A stretch of 64,000 nt of DNA from Octopus vulgaris (GCA_951406725.2 OX597821.1:50344001-50408000), one strand, 5' to 3'; positions 12,356-28,850 are shown, counted from the first letter of the stretch. A program made the numbers and translations. The notes: a model not told the origin generated them from the sequence alone.

Positions 12356-15111
12356 GTTTTAAATATATTTACATACATTTAAAAGATGGTACTCCAGCTT
12401 GGCCACAGTAAAATGACAGAAAGAATAAAAGAATATATACATATATATATATATATGTGTATGTATGTGTCATGTATGTATGTATGTATGTATGTATGAA
12501 TGTATGTAGATATGTATGTATGTACGTATAAAGTTATGTACATATGTATGTATAAAGTATAAACCAAGCCGAATTACATGAATTGGAATTTGACACAAAT
12601 CTTGAGAGTATTAAGAAAGTAGCAGACACATTTCCTTCTACATATGATACTAATTATTCTGTAAAATGGTTCCTCGGGTTTGTGCTGGTACTTATTTTAG
12701 TAGCAGCAGACTGAAGACTATCAAAGGTAAACTAGGTAGAATTTAAACCACTGTACAATAAATGTTGACCATTAAATATCAAGTGTTCTTACCAACAATG
12801 AAAATTTGATATTGCCCTGTTTCAAAGCCAATATTTTGGTTCAATATCAGTTCTAGGTTGAGTGGTTTTCCTTCATCATAGACCAGAGAGTTCAACCATA
12901 AACAAAAGTACAAAATAAGATTAGGTCCATCAGTTAATTGGGACTAGACACATCACTTCTCATACACACTGCCATCAGGTTATGACAAACACTTGACAAT
13001 TGTGATTATCCAGACATCTTCACCCACTGTTCCCTAGAGGGTTGCAGAGGTAGAGTCCTCAAGCACCTCTTCCATAGGATCCTCTTTTTCTTTTATGTTC
13101 CCACTCCTTAATGGTTGCCTCCTCCTGGACCCACTTCAGGATCCTGGGACATGCATCCTTTGTGCTTCCACCCCATACCTCTCAGAACAAGTTGCAAGCA
13201 TATTGATTGTTGTACCAGCATTTGTTGGAGACTGCAATATATTTTTCAAATGGATACTTTGACCTAAGATCCACATGACAGACAATGCAGTATGGTTGTT
13301 CTTTTGGTTCCTTTTCATATTGCAGTCTTTGGTGGTCTTAGGCACCAAGCCCATCATTAGAAATGAAATCCATATTTAGTTCTCTCTTTTCTTGTAGTTT
13401 TAAAGTTGCTGAACTATTACTACTAAACAATAAGATCACGTGTTCAAATGTTACTGTTGCCATTAGGTTATAACTTTAGGCAAAACAGTATTCTCCCTAG
13501 CCACTAATATGCCTGTCCAACAACTGATATCACTCCTAACTTCATTATGATTGGTTAGTATTATTTTGAAAGGATATCGAATAGCAGAGATATTTCTACT
13601 AATTTACAAATATGTGTAGCAATCAGAATAATATCAATCAGATTGATATGGACATGTGAAAAATTGACTAGTTCCCAGAACCCATGAGAAAGACCTAAGA
13701 TACTGTCCATTAATCAAATTGATATGCAAAATATTAATCAACTATATGTACTTTTATAGAATAATGAAAAAAAAACGAGTCATATCTGGTACTAAATAAT
13801 TTATATTACACACATACACACACACATGGCCTGTTCATGCTAAATGATACATCTCATCAGATCAATAAATATCCCAGAAATTATACATTTAAATATATAC
13901 CCGAGCTTGTTGTTGTCACTTTGTTCTTTAATCTGAACATATCCAGAACATAAGGAGAATTAACGTTTTTGTTGAAAACATTTATTACTAGAAAAGTATA
14001 ATAGAATGTGTGTCATATGAATAACATGCCCCAGAATTTTCTGTATCTATGGACAAAAAAAAGGTTGTTCAGAAAAAAAAAATATCAAGTACCGTGACTT
14101 AATTTTCATTCTATCTCTTTATGTTTCATCACATTTTAAAATGTTTCTACATACCTAATATGAGGTGGACAAATACACTCCCCTCAGTCTTGTATCATTT
14201 TATTTCTGATTCACACACATACATACAAATATATATATCAACCAACAAGCTGTCAAGAGAGAACACAAAGGGACTTCAAGCCCTGAGCACTCTAAAGAAG
14301 AAATACATATCATTAGAACTGAGACGGTTCTCAGTTGCAACTCAGAGTTCTCCATTACTGCTTATCATACAATAATAATGCAAAACTCTGAGTAAGGACA
14401 GAAAGTAATCTCTGCTCATCATCATTTTTACATTCACTTTTCCTTGCTTGCACAGGTTGAACAGAAGTTCAGCCCATGCAAGTATGGCAAAGTGGATGTT
14501 AAAATGAAATAATGATGATGAAATGATATAAGGTACATGAATATGAATGAACTGAAATAGGAGATAAACACTCTTAAATTAAATTATCAATAACAATATT
14601 TTATATTATTGCTATGACTAAAGAGGAAAAGGTGTGACTAAGACTTAATATTAATGAGTGAGAAAGTTGTAACATAGCTCTCCCTAGTTTTGTACTCAGT
14701 ATGAGCCAACAGATGTAACTAATATGGAATTTGTTAATGTTGATTAAGTCCACCTCATACCTTATAAAGACTTTACAAATATATATTTTGTATATCTAGG
14801 AATAAGTTGGTAAAGTATGGTTTGAAAGAAGATTTGGCTGTTACTTCTAGCAGATCAGGTCAAGTACCATCAGAGAATACCTAATTGACTCACACAGAGG
14901 TGTGTTTCATGAGAAGAAGGGTTAGGTTTAGTTGAAAACGGGAGTGCAGTTCATGTGAAGTTGTGGCAATGATGCAGTTCTTCATAGAAACAGGAACCAT
15001 TTTTTGATATTTTAGATTATTGAGTCACTAAGCATTACCAAAATGTCAGATTTTTCACTGACTGAGAGAAAATGAAAGAGATATACAAGGTGGGATTACA
15101 TGGTGATGGAG

Positions 15112-15336
15112 TAACTGTTTAGTATTTAAACCAGCAATGTCAGGCCCAAATATTCTACCCATTTAATGTTCAAACCAGCCAGATCCAGCCTCTTACACTT
15201 ATCCTACAATGTCATTCTAAAAGTAAACAATCATATTGACATCTCAAAGCTATGAAATAATGCATGATTAATTCAAAACAAAATGAATAAAGAAGCATTA
15301 CATTTGACAGAATAACCTGAATGCCAAAGGGTTTAA
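15112..15336. mobile_element. TTAA-flanked MITE of about 220 bp (piggyBac-like ends)
   Basis: Copies at 44387-44597, 46117-46329 and 49098-49306; termini ttaaccct(t)tagcatt / aatgctaaagggttaa. Confidence 0.7.
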
Positions 15337-16399
15337 CATAATGTTGGATTTAAAAGACAGGAGAGTAGAAAGTGAAGTTGTGTATATACATAAGACTTAC
15401 TGTTGATGTTTTAGCACCACCACCCACACCATCCCAGTCATATACCTCCAAGCTTAAGATATGATTCCATAACTTTGATCATCTCAATGGTAAGTATGAA
15501 TGATGTCCCAAAAATTTCAAGTTCAAACATAAGTCCTCATTTCAAAGAAATTGTTAGGAAGCATCACAGCACAGACACTAAGTAGCCAGGAATCAATAAT
15601 ATCTGTGGTCAAGGTTTCTGTACATGGTAACAACTCTTGGAAGACACAGATATCACAATCAACCTCCCCAACACACACACACACATTCTCTGGAGTTAAT
15701 AGAGCTAATCACACTTTAATGAATATTTATGATTATAAAAGGTCAACTAATTAACTTTTTATTACGTTAGTTCACAGGATATACATATCTATATATATAT
15801 ATACACACATACACAATCAGTTTCGTTTCTACGTATGCCTTTCCATGCTGACATAATTTGGATGGGAGATACTGAAGAAGTGCTTTGCAACCAGATGCCC
15901 TTCCTAAAGACAACCTATTTAATCACCTTTTGACGTAAGTACCTATTCTAATACCCCAGATACACAAGGTTTATATATAATAATAATAATAATAATAATA
16001 TATATATATATATATGTTTTTATGATAGTCTAAAGGAGTATGGCTGCTACATTAAGCATGTACAAGCTCTCTCGTTACTCAACTGCACAGGCGTGAGTAT
16101 GGTTAGTAGGAATTAACCAAAGATCAAAGATTAAAATGTGAAATAAAGATGGAGAGAGAACAAAACCTTGGAGGACACTAGAGTGGATTGAGGAGGAGGA
16201 CAGTAGAGAATTGTGACGTTACCAATAGCGTTAAGTCGATTGATGAAGTTTTAGATGTAGACATTTAGCTCCAGGTGTGTTTTACAGGAAGGAAGTTTAG
16301 CAAGAGGTTTGTGTCTAACATATTGACAAAGATTATATAGAAAGTCGGACCAAGTCAATTGACTATATTTATGTCATCCTTACTTACCGAAATTATGAA

Positions 16400-20200
<3,801 letters not shown>

Positions 20201-20214
20201 AGACCGGTGAATCA

Positions 20215-20600
20215 AAAGAAAACTGGAGAAACTTGAAAATTAAACAGCCACCAAGTTAAAACAAAATGGCCAGATCTCATATGGGACCAAAAAAAAAAGG
20301 TATGTTCTGCTGTGGAAATCAGCTGCCCCACTGAACATAAATGTGGTTAGAAAAATACAAGAGAAAGAGGATGTCTAGGGACCATTGATAAGGAGTTTTT
20401 GATATCCAGTACTCAAGATCCATGTTGAGCTTCTTATCCATTATTATTGGTGCAACAGAATATATACCAAACCATCTGGAATAAAATTGGCTGAACTTGG
20501 AATCTTGGAGAGAGAATGCAAATCCTTAATTCATATGCTACAAATCATCACGATATCTTGGACTATTATAATCTGTAAGACCTTTAGACTTAATAGGTGA
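20215..20600 (+). mobile_element. Degenerate RLE-domain non-LTR retrotransposon fragment
   Basis: PDLIWDQKKKVCSAVEISCPLNINVVRKIQEKE...IIIGAT resembles the PD..E..K..KY/PIIIGA restriction-like endonuclease. Confidence 0.55.
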
Positions 20601-20659
20601 TGATTAAGAGAAGATACTTTCCTTTACAACCTTGCTACCAAGTCAGTGGTTGGGCAAAA

Positions 20660-21023
20660 TCTATATATATATAAACGGCAAAATGTCTGCATGTGTGTCC
20701 TTCATACAAATCCACAATTTTTCAGTTAGAGGGCTCGCACTTTCTATGGTCATTTAAAACCGTCCAAGGGTGGTCGTGCACATCTTTACATTTCCCCAGT
20801 CACCCTGCAAAGCCAGTAAAAAATCAATAGAAGTGATTTTTTTGTGAGTTTTCTATCCAAAACCCATTCAAAATGCCCGAAACTTGATATGCCAATTGAA
20901 TGCCAGCTAGCTGTATGTGATTGGTCGGAGATTTGGACAGTACTTGCCTGTATGTGCACATGCACGCAGCTGTATATGCATGCACTAGCACTATGACCTG
21001 GCGTTGCTGGGTCATAGTGCTAG
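20660..21023 (+). mobile_element. Non-autonomous Helitron-like element
   Basis: A|TCTATATATAT start; 3' GC-rich hairpin; CTAG|T end; no TSD. Confidence 0.75.
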
Positions 21024-21054
21024 TTTAATTTAAATTAAAAAGAGAAAGTAAAGA

Positions 21055-21189
21055 CATACATACATGCATACATACATACATGCATACATACATACATACA
21101 TACATACATACATACATACATACATACATACATACATACATACATACATACATACATACATACATACATACACACATACATACATACAT
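21055..21189. repeat. (CATA)n microsatellite
   Basis: Direct reading. Confidence 0.95.
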
Positions 21190-21636
21190 GACCAAGTGTA
21201 TGCAACTGAAATAGGATTAAATTAAAATTGACACCTATGTAGATAGGTCCGTCGCCAGACTTTGGTGCCCAAAAATGTTTCAGAATGTTCTGGGTAGGCA
21301 TTAATTTGTAATAATGTTAAAGTGAAGTTTCAAAATAAATGGATTACTGTAAATCTGAGGGTGCCCCATTGAACAGTGGGGGATAGGTGTCATCTAGTGC
21401 ACTGCCTTAGCAAGGGCATTTATGCATCATATTAAATTTATACATATCCTTAGAAGTTAAGAAACTAAGGATTTTATCTGAAATAAAATTTCTTCATAGA
21501 TTTGCAATATTAAAAACAGTGTACACATTTAGTATGATACACAGATAACAATTTTAAGTTAATGTTATTTCAGTTGTGTTTACTGAGTTTTTTCTACAGC
21601 TTAGCAAACTTCCATGTCAAAGCACAATATTATTTT

Positions 21637-21953
21637 AAAGTTAAGTTAATTTTTTGGCTCAAAAAGCAAAAAGCAAGGCCATTTAGGGGGACATGGAGTT
21701 ATGTACAGGGAGGGTGTTCATGCAAAGTGTTCAGGCCGTTTCTGGTCAAGAGAGACTTTGAACCAAGCGGTCGTCGGAATCTTCACTATCTCATCCGGCA
21801 GCTTATTCCACGGAACCGCAACCCAGACGGAGAAAGCCCTTCTCCTTCAATTGAGATGAAATCGTCGCAGATAGAGCTTTTTGGAGTGACCCCGCAGCCG
21901 ACACTCTGGAGAAGGAGTGAAGAACAGCTCTTTCGAGAGGTTACACTTTCCGC
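21637..21953 (-). mobile_element. CR1 LINE 3' end
   Basis: RLRGHSKKLYLRRFHLN*RRRAFSVWVAVPWNKLPDEIV...FKVSLD, the typical CR1 C-terminus, then a short UTR and ttaac-repeat tail. Confidence 0.85.
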
Positions 21954-22181
21954 TTTTTCTTTTTAAGTAGATGACAATTAGGTACACAACATTGACAAAA
22001 CTCAAAGAAAGAAATGATACATTTCTATTGTTCTTCTGAATCAATGCCATGATGATGTGCATCTCACTCTGCTATATGTTATGCTTTTGAACATAAGTCT
22101 CTGAAAATATTTTATTTCAGAATATTCTACAACATCTTGCCTTCTAATGATGTTTATAAATATAGTATGATATGCAGATGG

Positions 22182-22234
<53 letters not shown>

Positions 22235-22512
22235 ATAAAAAAGGGTAAAATTAGTTCATTCATTAATAATTAATAATTTTACCAAGTAGTTCGGTATGTT
22301 AAAAGAACTTTTATGGGTAACCTTATACAAAAATTCTATAATTGTAAGCATAATTATAATTAGGGCTCAGCCAATTGCTCCACATACTGAGAGATATCTT
22401 ATTGCTGTCTGGGAGATATCTTATGGTAGAGGAATAGTATTTAACTGCTATTTCTAAATTTTGATATGTGGTGAAGCTATTTGCTGAACCCTAATTATAA
22501 TTATACTTATAA
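22235..22512. repeat. Hairpin-containing repeat between microsatellites (Penelope-terminus-like)
   Basis: taattataattagggctcagc / gctgaaccctaattataatta arms; reverse-complement similarity to 23187-23520. Confidence 0.65.
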
Positions 22513-22532
22513 CTATAGAATCTTTATACACA

Positions 22533-22601
<69 letters not shown>

Positions 22602-22614
22602 TATATATGTATAT

Positions 22615-22995
22615 TGCATGGTAAGCAACTTACTTCCCAACCACATGGTTCTAGGTTCAGTTCTACTGTGTGGCACCTTGGGCAAGTGTCTTCTATAGCC
22701 TTAGGCTAACCAAAGCCTTGTGAGTGGATTTGGTAAACAGAAAATGGATGAAGCCTTTCTGTGTGTGTGTGTGCGTGTGTGCATGCCCTCCCCCCACCAC
22801 CACCACCACCACCACTTGACGTCCAATGCTGGTGTATTTACATCTCTGAAACTAAGCGATTCAGCAAAAGTGACCAATAGAATAACTACAAAACAATAAT
22901 AAATATTGGAGTCAGTAAGTCTGACCAAAATTCTTCAAGGCAGTATCCCAGCTTGACTGCAGTCTAATGAGTGAAACAAGTAAAAGATAAAAGAT
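22615..22995 (+). mobile_element. Family B SINE
   Basis: Matches 2817-3211. Confidence 0.8.
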
Positions 22996-23186
22996 CAGAG
23001 GGCAGCAATATTATTGTTGAAGGTGTGAAATTGCATTTAACCCTTTGGCTGATAACTGTTGAGGATTTGGTGACCTTCCGTGTTTTTCATTTGTTGGTGC
23101 ATTTATTACATGCTTTTTAGCTTACTATTTAATGGAACACCATGTACCCTTATTTTGCTTACAGTAAGTGTTTATATATATATATA

Positions 23187-23422
23187 TACTTTATAATAGA
23201 GTTCAGCAAAAATTTGCTTTACCACATACTGAAGTTTAGAAATAGCAGCCAAAAAACCTTAGCTATTTCCTCTACTTTAAAAAGAGACTCCCGGAAAAAA
23301 ACAAATTACTCAAAAACAATCCACTTTTTTAAAGTAGAGGAAATAGCTAAGGTTTTTTGGCTGCTATTTCTAAACTTCGGTATGTGGTAAAGCAAATCTT
23401 TGCTGAACCCTATTATAAAGTA
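23187..23422. repeat. Near-perfect hairpin with arms of about 97 bp
   Basis: 23187-23283 against 23326-23422, only about 3 differences. Confidence 0.9.
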
Positions 23423-23554
23423 TTACTTGAGTTTACCGTGAAATGGTCCTTTTTCATGCCGAATTCTACTTGGTGAAATTATTGATTACTAGTTAATTAA
23501 TTAATTTTACCCTTTGTTGTTATATATATATATACATACATATACATATGCATG

Positions 23555-23895
23555 AGGCGCATGGCTCAGTGGTTAGAGCGTCGAGCTTACGATCGTGAGG
23601 TTGTGAGTTCGAATCCCGGACCGGGCTGCGTGTTGTGTTCTTGAGCAAAGCACTTTATTTCACGTTGCTCCAGTTCACTCAGCTGTAGAAATGAGTTGCG
23701 ACGTCACTGGTGCCAAGCTGTATCGACCTTTGTCTTTCCCTTGGATAACACTGGTGGCGTGGAGAGGGGAGGCCGGTATGCATGAGCGACTACTGGTCTT
23801 CCATAAAAACAACCTTGCCCAGACTTGTGCCTCAGAGGGTAACTCTCTAGGTGCAAACCCATGGTCACCCATGACCGAAGGGGATCTTTACCCTT
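23555..23895 (+). mobile_element. tRNA-headed SINE, CpG-rich
   Basis: ggcgcatggctcagtggttagagcg...gagttcgaatccc head; tgttcttgagcaaagcacttt body. Confidence 0.8.
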
Positions 23896-24026
23896 TATAT
23901 ATGCAAACAAGAGAGACAGAGAAAGGCAGAAACAAGGAAAATGCCACTTATATTTGAACACTATACAAATATTCCTTTAAAAAAACTTTTCTTTTAATTT
24001 TTCTAAATTTAATTATTTAATCGTTA

Positions 24027-24064
24027 CAGTTGAAAAGGTCTCAAAATGACCGAAACCGGTACTG
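24027..24064 (+). ncRNA. Degenerate minimal hammerhead ribozyme
   Basis: cag TTGAAAA ggtc-tcaaaat-gacc GAAA ccgg TA ctg; stems I and II perfect, two core substitutions. Confidence 0.65.
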
Positions 24065-24112
24065 AAATGTTCTTTATAAAATTATTTTAGCATTTTCTAT
24101 CTTGACTTGTTT

Positions 24113-24159
<47 letters not shown>

Positions 24160-24191
24160 CACACACACACACACATATATATACATATATA

Positions 24192-24398
24192 TAATTATCA
24201 CTAAGTGTAATTAAGGATGCCAAAAGACCTACATTGCTAGAAATAAGAGTCAAAATACACTTAATGCTGTAAGAAGAGTGCAAATATATGTACTCACAGT
24301 GTATATATTTGTGATCCTTACAGCATTAAGAGTATTTTGACTCTTATTTCTAGCAATATAGATGCTTCACCACCCTTAGTCACACTTAGTGACAATTA
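24192..24398. repeat. Hairpin with arms of about 100 bp next to (TA)n
   Basis: attgctagaaataagagtcaaaatac / gtattttgactcttatttctagcaat and outer cactaagtgt / acacttagtg. Confidence 0.85.
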
Positions 24399-24448
24399 AA
24401 TTTTTCCTTTATGGTATTACATAGCGCCTAGCTGTTTATATTAATATA

Positions 24449-24498
<50 letters not shown>

Positions 24499-24922
24499 CA
24501 GCTGTCTGCAACTTCTCTGTTTATATATTGTGAGTAGGGATGATTGACTGCCATCTCTAGCAGGTAGATATCCTGCACCGATGAAGGGTAAAGGCCTACC
24601 ATTGTCTGCTGGTCTTGCCAAGCTCCCTTACTCACAATATATGAGACACAGGTTGTGAGTCATTAACCAGCTGGAAAAGACATTTTCCTGTGGTTAATAT
24701 GTAGTAACATAGTTCATTATAAAGCAGCCATGTATAGTAGCAAAATCATTACTATATATATATATATATATATATATATCATTCAGTTAGGGGTTATGTT
24801 AGACTCATGAAGGGATGGTGTCATCCAAGGAAATACTGGTTCAATACCTAATATTTTGGTGGGATTTGATTTCCTTAAAATAATAGGTTTGTATATAAAC
24901 TGTAGTTTATATTCATGCAAAG

Positions 24923-25325
24923 GAAAAAGAAGAAAATGGCGATTTTGAAGTTAATAAGACTTTATTCTCAGCATCAAATAGATCATTATCCCTTATAGCT
25001 GTTACAATTATACACAATGAAATTAATTAAATATTACATTCATATTCCTGAGCATAATCTCTTCAGTGAGAAAAAATATACCCTTAGATGTTGTGTATAC
25101 TTGTGGATTCATCACAGCAGAGTCTACTGTGACGGATCTACAAACAAACATATATAATATCTAAGGGTATATTTTTACCCTCTGAAGAGATTATGCTCAG
25201 GAATATGATTTTTAATATTCAATTAATTTCACTGTGTATAACTGAAACAGCTGTAAGGGATAATGATTGATTTGTTGCTGATAATAAACTCTTATTAACT
25301 TCAAAATCTCTATTTTTTTCTTTTC
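24923..25325. repeat. Palindrome of about 400 bp containing two opposed hammerhead copies
   Basis: Arms about 24923-25118 and 25125-25325 are reverse complements with scattered mismatches. Confidence 0.9.
25178..25259 (+). ncRNA. Minimal hammerhead ribozyme (Penelope-type), core intact
   Basis: ccct CTGAAGA gattatgc...gtataact GAAA c-agct-g TA|aggg; stem I ccct/aggg, palindromic AGCT loop III, GUA cleavage triplet. Confidence 0.8.
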
Positions 25326-25326
25326 G

Positions 25327-25608
25327 TAAGGTCATGAGTTCATCTCCCTGTCACGCGTTGTGTCCTTGAGCAAGATATTATATTTCACATTGCTCCAGTC
25401 CACTCAGCTGGCACAAATGAGTAATACCTGTATTTCAAAGGGCCGGCCTTGTCACAGTCTGTTTCATGCTGAACATCCCTGAGAAATACATTAAGGGTAC
25501 ATGTGTCTGTGCAGTGCTCAGCCACTTGCACATTAATTTCATGAGCAAGCTGTTCAGTTGATTGTATCAGCTGGGACCGTCATCGTTGTAATCAATGGAG
25601 TGCTCCTT
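25327..25608 (+). mobile_element. 5'-truncated tRNA-headed SINE
   Basis: tgtgtccttgagcaag...ttgctccagtccactcagctg shared with the 23555 copy. Confidence 0.65.
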
Positions 25609-25611
25609 TTA

Positions 25612-25822
<211 letters not shown>

Positions 25823-25857
25823 ATATCTATATATTTATATATAGGTATATTTAGAGG

Positions 25858-26690
25858 TTTAAAGAATTTCAAGCACTTATAAATGGACTTGATGTAAACA
25901 TTCAGTTCACGATGGAATGTAACCATCAACAACTTACCTTCCTCGACATCCTCGTTAAGAAATCTAACAACGTAAAAGAAACAGATATATACTATAAGCC
26001 CACGGACTCCAAGCAGTATCTACTGCTCAACTCATGCCACCCAGACACACCAGGATGAATATCCCCTTCAACCTAGCAAAAAGGATCTGTACTATAGTTT
26101 CTAATGCAAGCACCAGGGACACAAGACTACATGAACTAAAGGATCCACTCATCACCAGGAACTACCCACCGTCACTCAATTGACATATGTTTTCAACGTG
26201 CCCTACAATTCAACATCCACGAACTCAGACATCCCAAATTAAAGAAGGATTTATGACCAAAAGCCCTACCATACATCTCCACACACAACCCTCTTAACAA
26301 TGAAGCCTTCAACACCATCCTTCAAAACATTCCCCTACTAAAGAAGGATCGCAGAATGAACTTAATCCTCCAAACACACACCATCATAAAAAGCAAGAGA
26401 CAGCCCAAATCTATGAAAAGTGTCCTAACACAAATCCAAATACACTCAACAACAACATTGAAGCCATCAGTAAAACAATGCGGAAGACCCAACTGTGGGA
26501 TATGCGTCAATTCAATTGAGGGATCAGAGTTCTGATCAAATGGGAACAATGTTTCACATGTGCTTCAGAGAACCTGATATATGCACTAACCTGCTCTGGG
26601 TGTCAAGAGCAATACATAGGTCGAACAAAAAACAGTCTATACCAAAGGATGGCTCTGCACAAATCCAAGATCAAAATTCTGAAAAACATG
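25858..26690 (+). mobile_element. Penelope-like retroelement remnant (RT C-terminus, thumb, Cys-rich linker, GIY-YIG start)
   Basis: [14 protein letters not shown]...[19 protein letters not shown]; NIPFNLAKRICTIVS; LPYISTHNP; CGRPNCGIC; NLIYALTCSGCQEQYIGRT; frameshifted. Confidence 0.92.
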
Positions 26691-26711
26691 AGAATTTGAG
26701 AATTTGAGAAT

Positions 26712-27133
26712 TTCAAAAAGAAGCAACCCAAACTAGTGAATAGAGATGGCCCATTTTTGCTCCATGACAATGCATGTTCTCACACTCCTCAAGCTATGGT
26801 CTAAAAATTGCAAAGCCTAAATTATGAGATTTTGCAACATCCTCCTTATTCCCCTGATATCTCTCCTACTGGTCATCACATATCTAAGCATTTTGAGCTT
26901 TTCATAAGCAATGAAATATTCTTAAATAGAGGAGGTAATTGAAGCATTCAGACAGTTTATCACAGCAAAAGATAATTTTTTTTTAAAGGTGGAATATATA
27001 ACATAGAGAAACGTTGGGTAAACGTCATAAATGAACATGAATCATACTTTGATTAAATAAATCAGTTCTCTAACACTTCTGAAGCATTTTATTGTTACCT
27101 TTCAAATACGACATTTCATGTAAAACAACCTAA
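26712..27133 (+). mobile_element. mariner transposase 3' part and right TIR
   Basis: LVNRDGPFLLHDNACSH...LQHPPYSPDISP; ends aaacaacctaa-TA. Confidence 0.85.
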
Positions 27134-27289
27134 TATTATTATTAATAATAAAAAGTATGAAGACTTATACATCCACAAAACTTATTTTATAGTTATATAC
27201 AGCATATTATAATGACCATGCACACTTGTATGTGTGTCTATTGTACAGGTGAATATGCTTTGGTGTTACTGATGCTGTTAATGTTACAA

Positions 27290-27720
27290 TTGAACTTTTT
27301 GAAGTCAACAGTGAGAGGAGAAACATGCAAGGGAGGGAATGTCAAAGTACTGATGTTCTGGGCAAGAAGAACTCAGCATAGTTGATAGTGTGGAGCCTTC
27401 AAAGGAGGACATTTTATAGAGGATGTGAGGAGGAGATTCAAGCAGTTCAGGTGAGATGGGGCCAACTATCCCTAAGAAGTAGAGACAATTGTAATGGTAG
27501 AAGAGGCAGAAAGAAGAGACATTATGTCTGTGAGCTGGACATTAGGATGTGTTTGTGAATGATTAATGCCTATCAGTTGAATGGCCCTTTTTTTTATTGC
27601 AATCAAGCACATCAGTGTGTGTAACAGCAGCTCCATCATAGATGTGGGAGCAATGCTTACGCTTTATAGAGAGTTTGCTGTCATTGGGGGGACAGACTGA
27701 ATTATTTTTGAGTTCAGACA
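27290..27720 (-). mobile_element. Degenerate CR1/L2-group LINE C-terminal fragment
   Basis: HCSHIYDGAAVTHTDVLD...KRAIQLI and NVSSFCLFYHY motifs. Confidence 0.55.
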
Positions 27721-27739
27721 GGAAAAATAAGTCTTAGGA

Positions 27740-27972
27740 TTATGGTAGCATTCACCAACTTAAACAAAGAGACCATCCAGAAGAGTTGCAGGAGGTTCAG
27801 AAGTCATCTAGAGGCCATGGTTGAAGCCAACGGCGATTTTATTGAATAAATTTACTCTTTAGTATTTCAAGGTATTTTTATGTAATTTTGGTAAATATAT
27901 CTGTTAAAATATGATGACAGTGTTATTTTCACACTTGTGTATTTTAGATGACAATATATTTACCACATCCTG
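27740..27972 (+). mobile_element. Tc1/mariner-superfamily 3' end
   Basis: AFTNLNKETIQKSCRRFRSHLEAMVEANGDFIE*; ends ...catcctg-TA. Confidence 0.75.
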
Positions 27973-28204
27973 TATATACACGCACATATACACACACACA
28001 CATGTATGTATGTATGTATGTATGTATGTATGTATGTATGTATGCATGTATGTATGTATGTATGTATGCTCATGTATGTGTATGTGTGTGTGTGTGTGTG
28101 TAACTTAGTTTGACCAAAGAAACATAGAATAAGTCTCAGGCTTAAATATATAAGCACTAGGGTTGAGAGAGATACATACATGCATACATATATACATACA
28201 TACA

Positions 28205-28238
<34 letters not shown>

Positions 28239-28244
28239 CATACA

Positions 28245-28280
<36 letters not shown>

Positions 28281-28569
28281 TAAATTAACATTGGAAGCAA
28301 TATTACTACCAAAATGTGATCTTTATATCCAACTGAACATGAATATCTTGTTAGAAATCCCAAATACTGCATTATTAGCCTTGAGAGATCCTCTCATGTA
28401 GGTGCTTGGGGCTAAAAGCACCTATATATGAGGGTCTCTCAAGGTTAATAATTCACATTGTGTTCTTGAGCAAGACATTTGATTTGACATTGTTCCAGTT
28501 CACTCAGCTGACAAAAGTGAGTAATCCTGAGACAGACCGGCATCCTGTCCAGGTGAGGAATTTATACAC

Positions 28570-28850
28570 CATCATCATCATCATCATCATCATCATTTAG
28601 CGTCCGTTTTCTATGCTAGCATGGGTTGGACGGTTCAACTGGGGTCTGTGAAGCCGGAAGGCTTCATCAGGCCCAGTCAGATCTGGCAGTGTTTCTACGG
28701 CTGGATGCCCTTCCTAATGCCAACCACTCCGTGAGTGTAGTGGGTGCTTTTTACGTGCCACCTGCACAGGTGCCAGACAGAGCTGGTAAACAGCCACGAA
28801 CGGATGGTGCTTTTACGTGCCACCAGCATGGGGGCCAGGCGAGGCTGTCA
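28570..28850 (-). mobile_element. Family D repeat
   Basis: (CAT)n then gcgtccgttttctatgctagcatgggttggacgg...ggatgcccttcctaatgccaaccac. Confidence 0.8.

Noticed and set aside
13010-13330. LINE fragments here and at 16150-16350
   Set aside because: Only faint motif similarity; too decayed to call by eye
23555-23635. tRNA gene (also the tRNA-like stretch at about 31565-31640)
   Set aside because: A/B boxes are present but there is no acceptor stem; the 23555 copy continues into a SINE body
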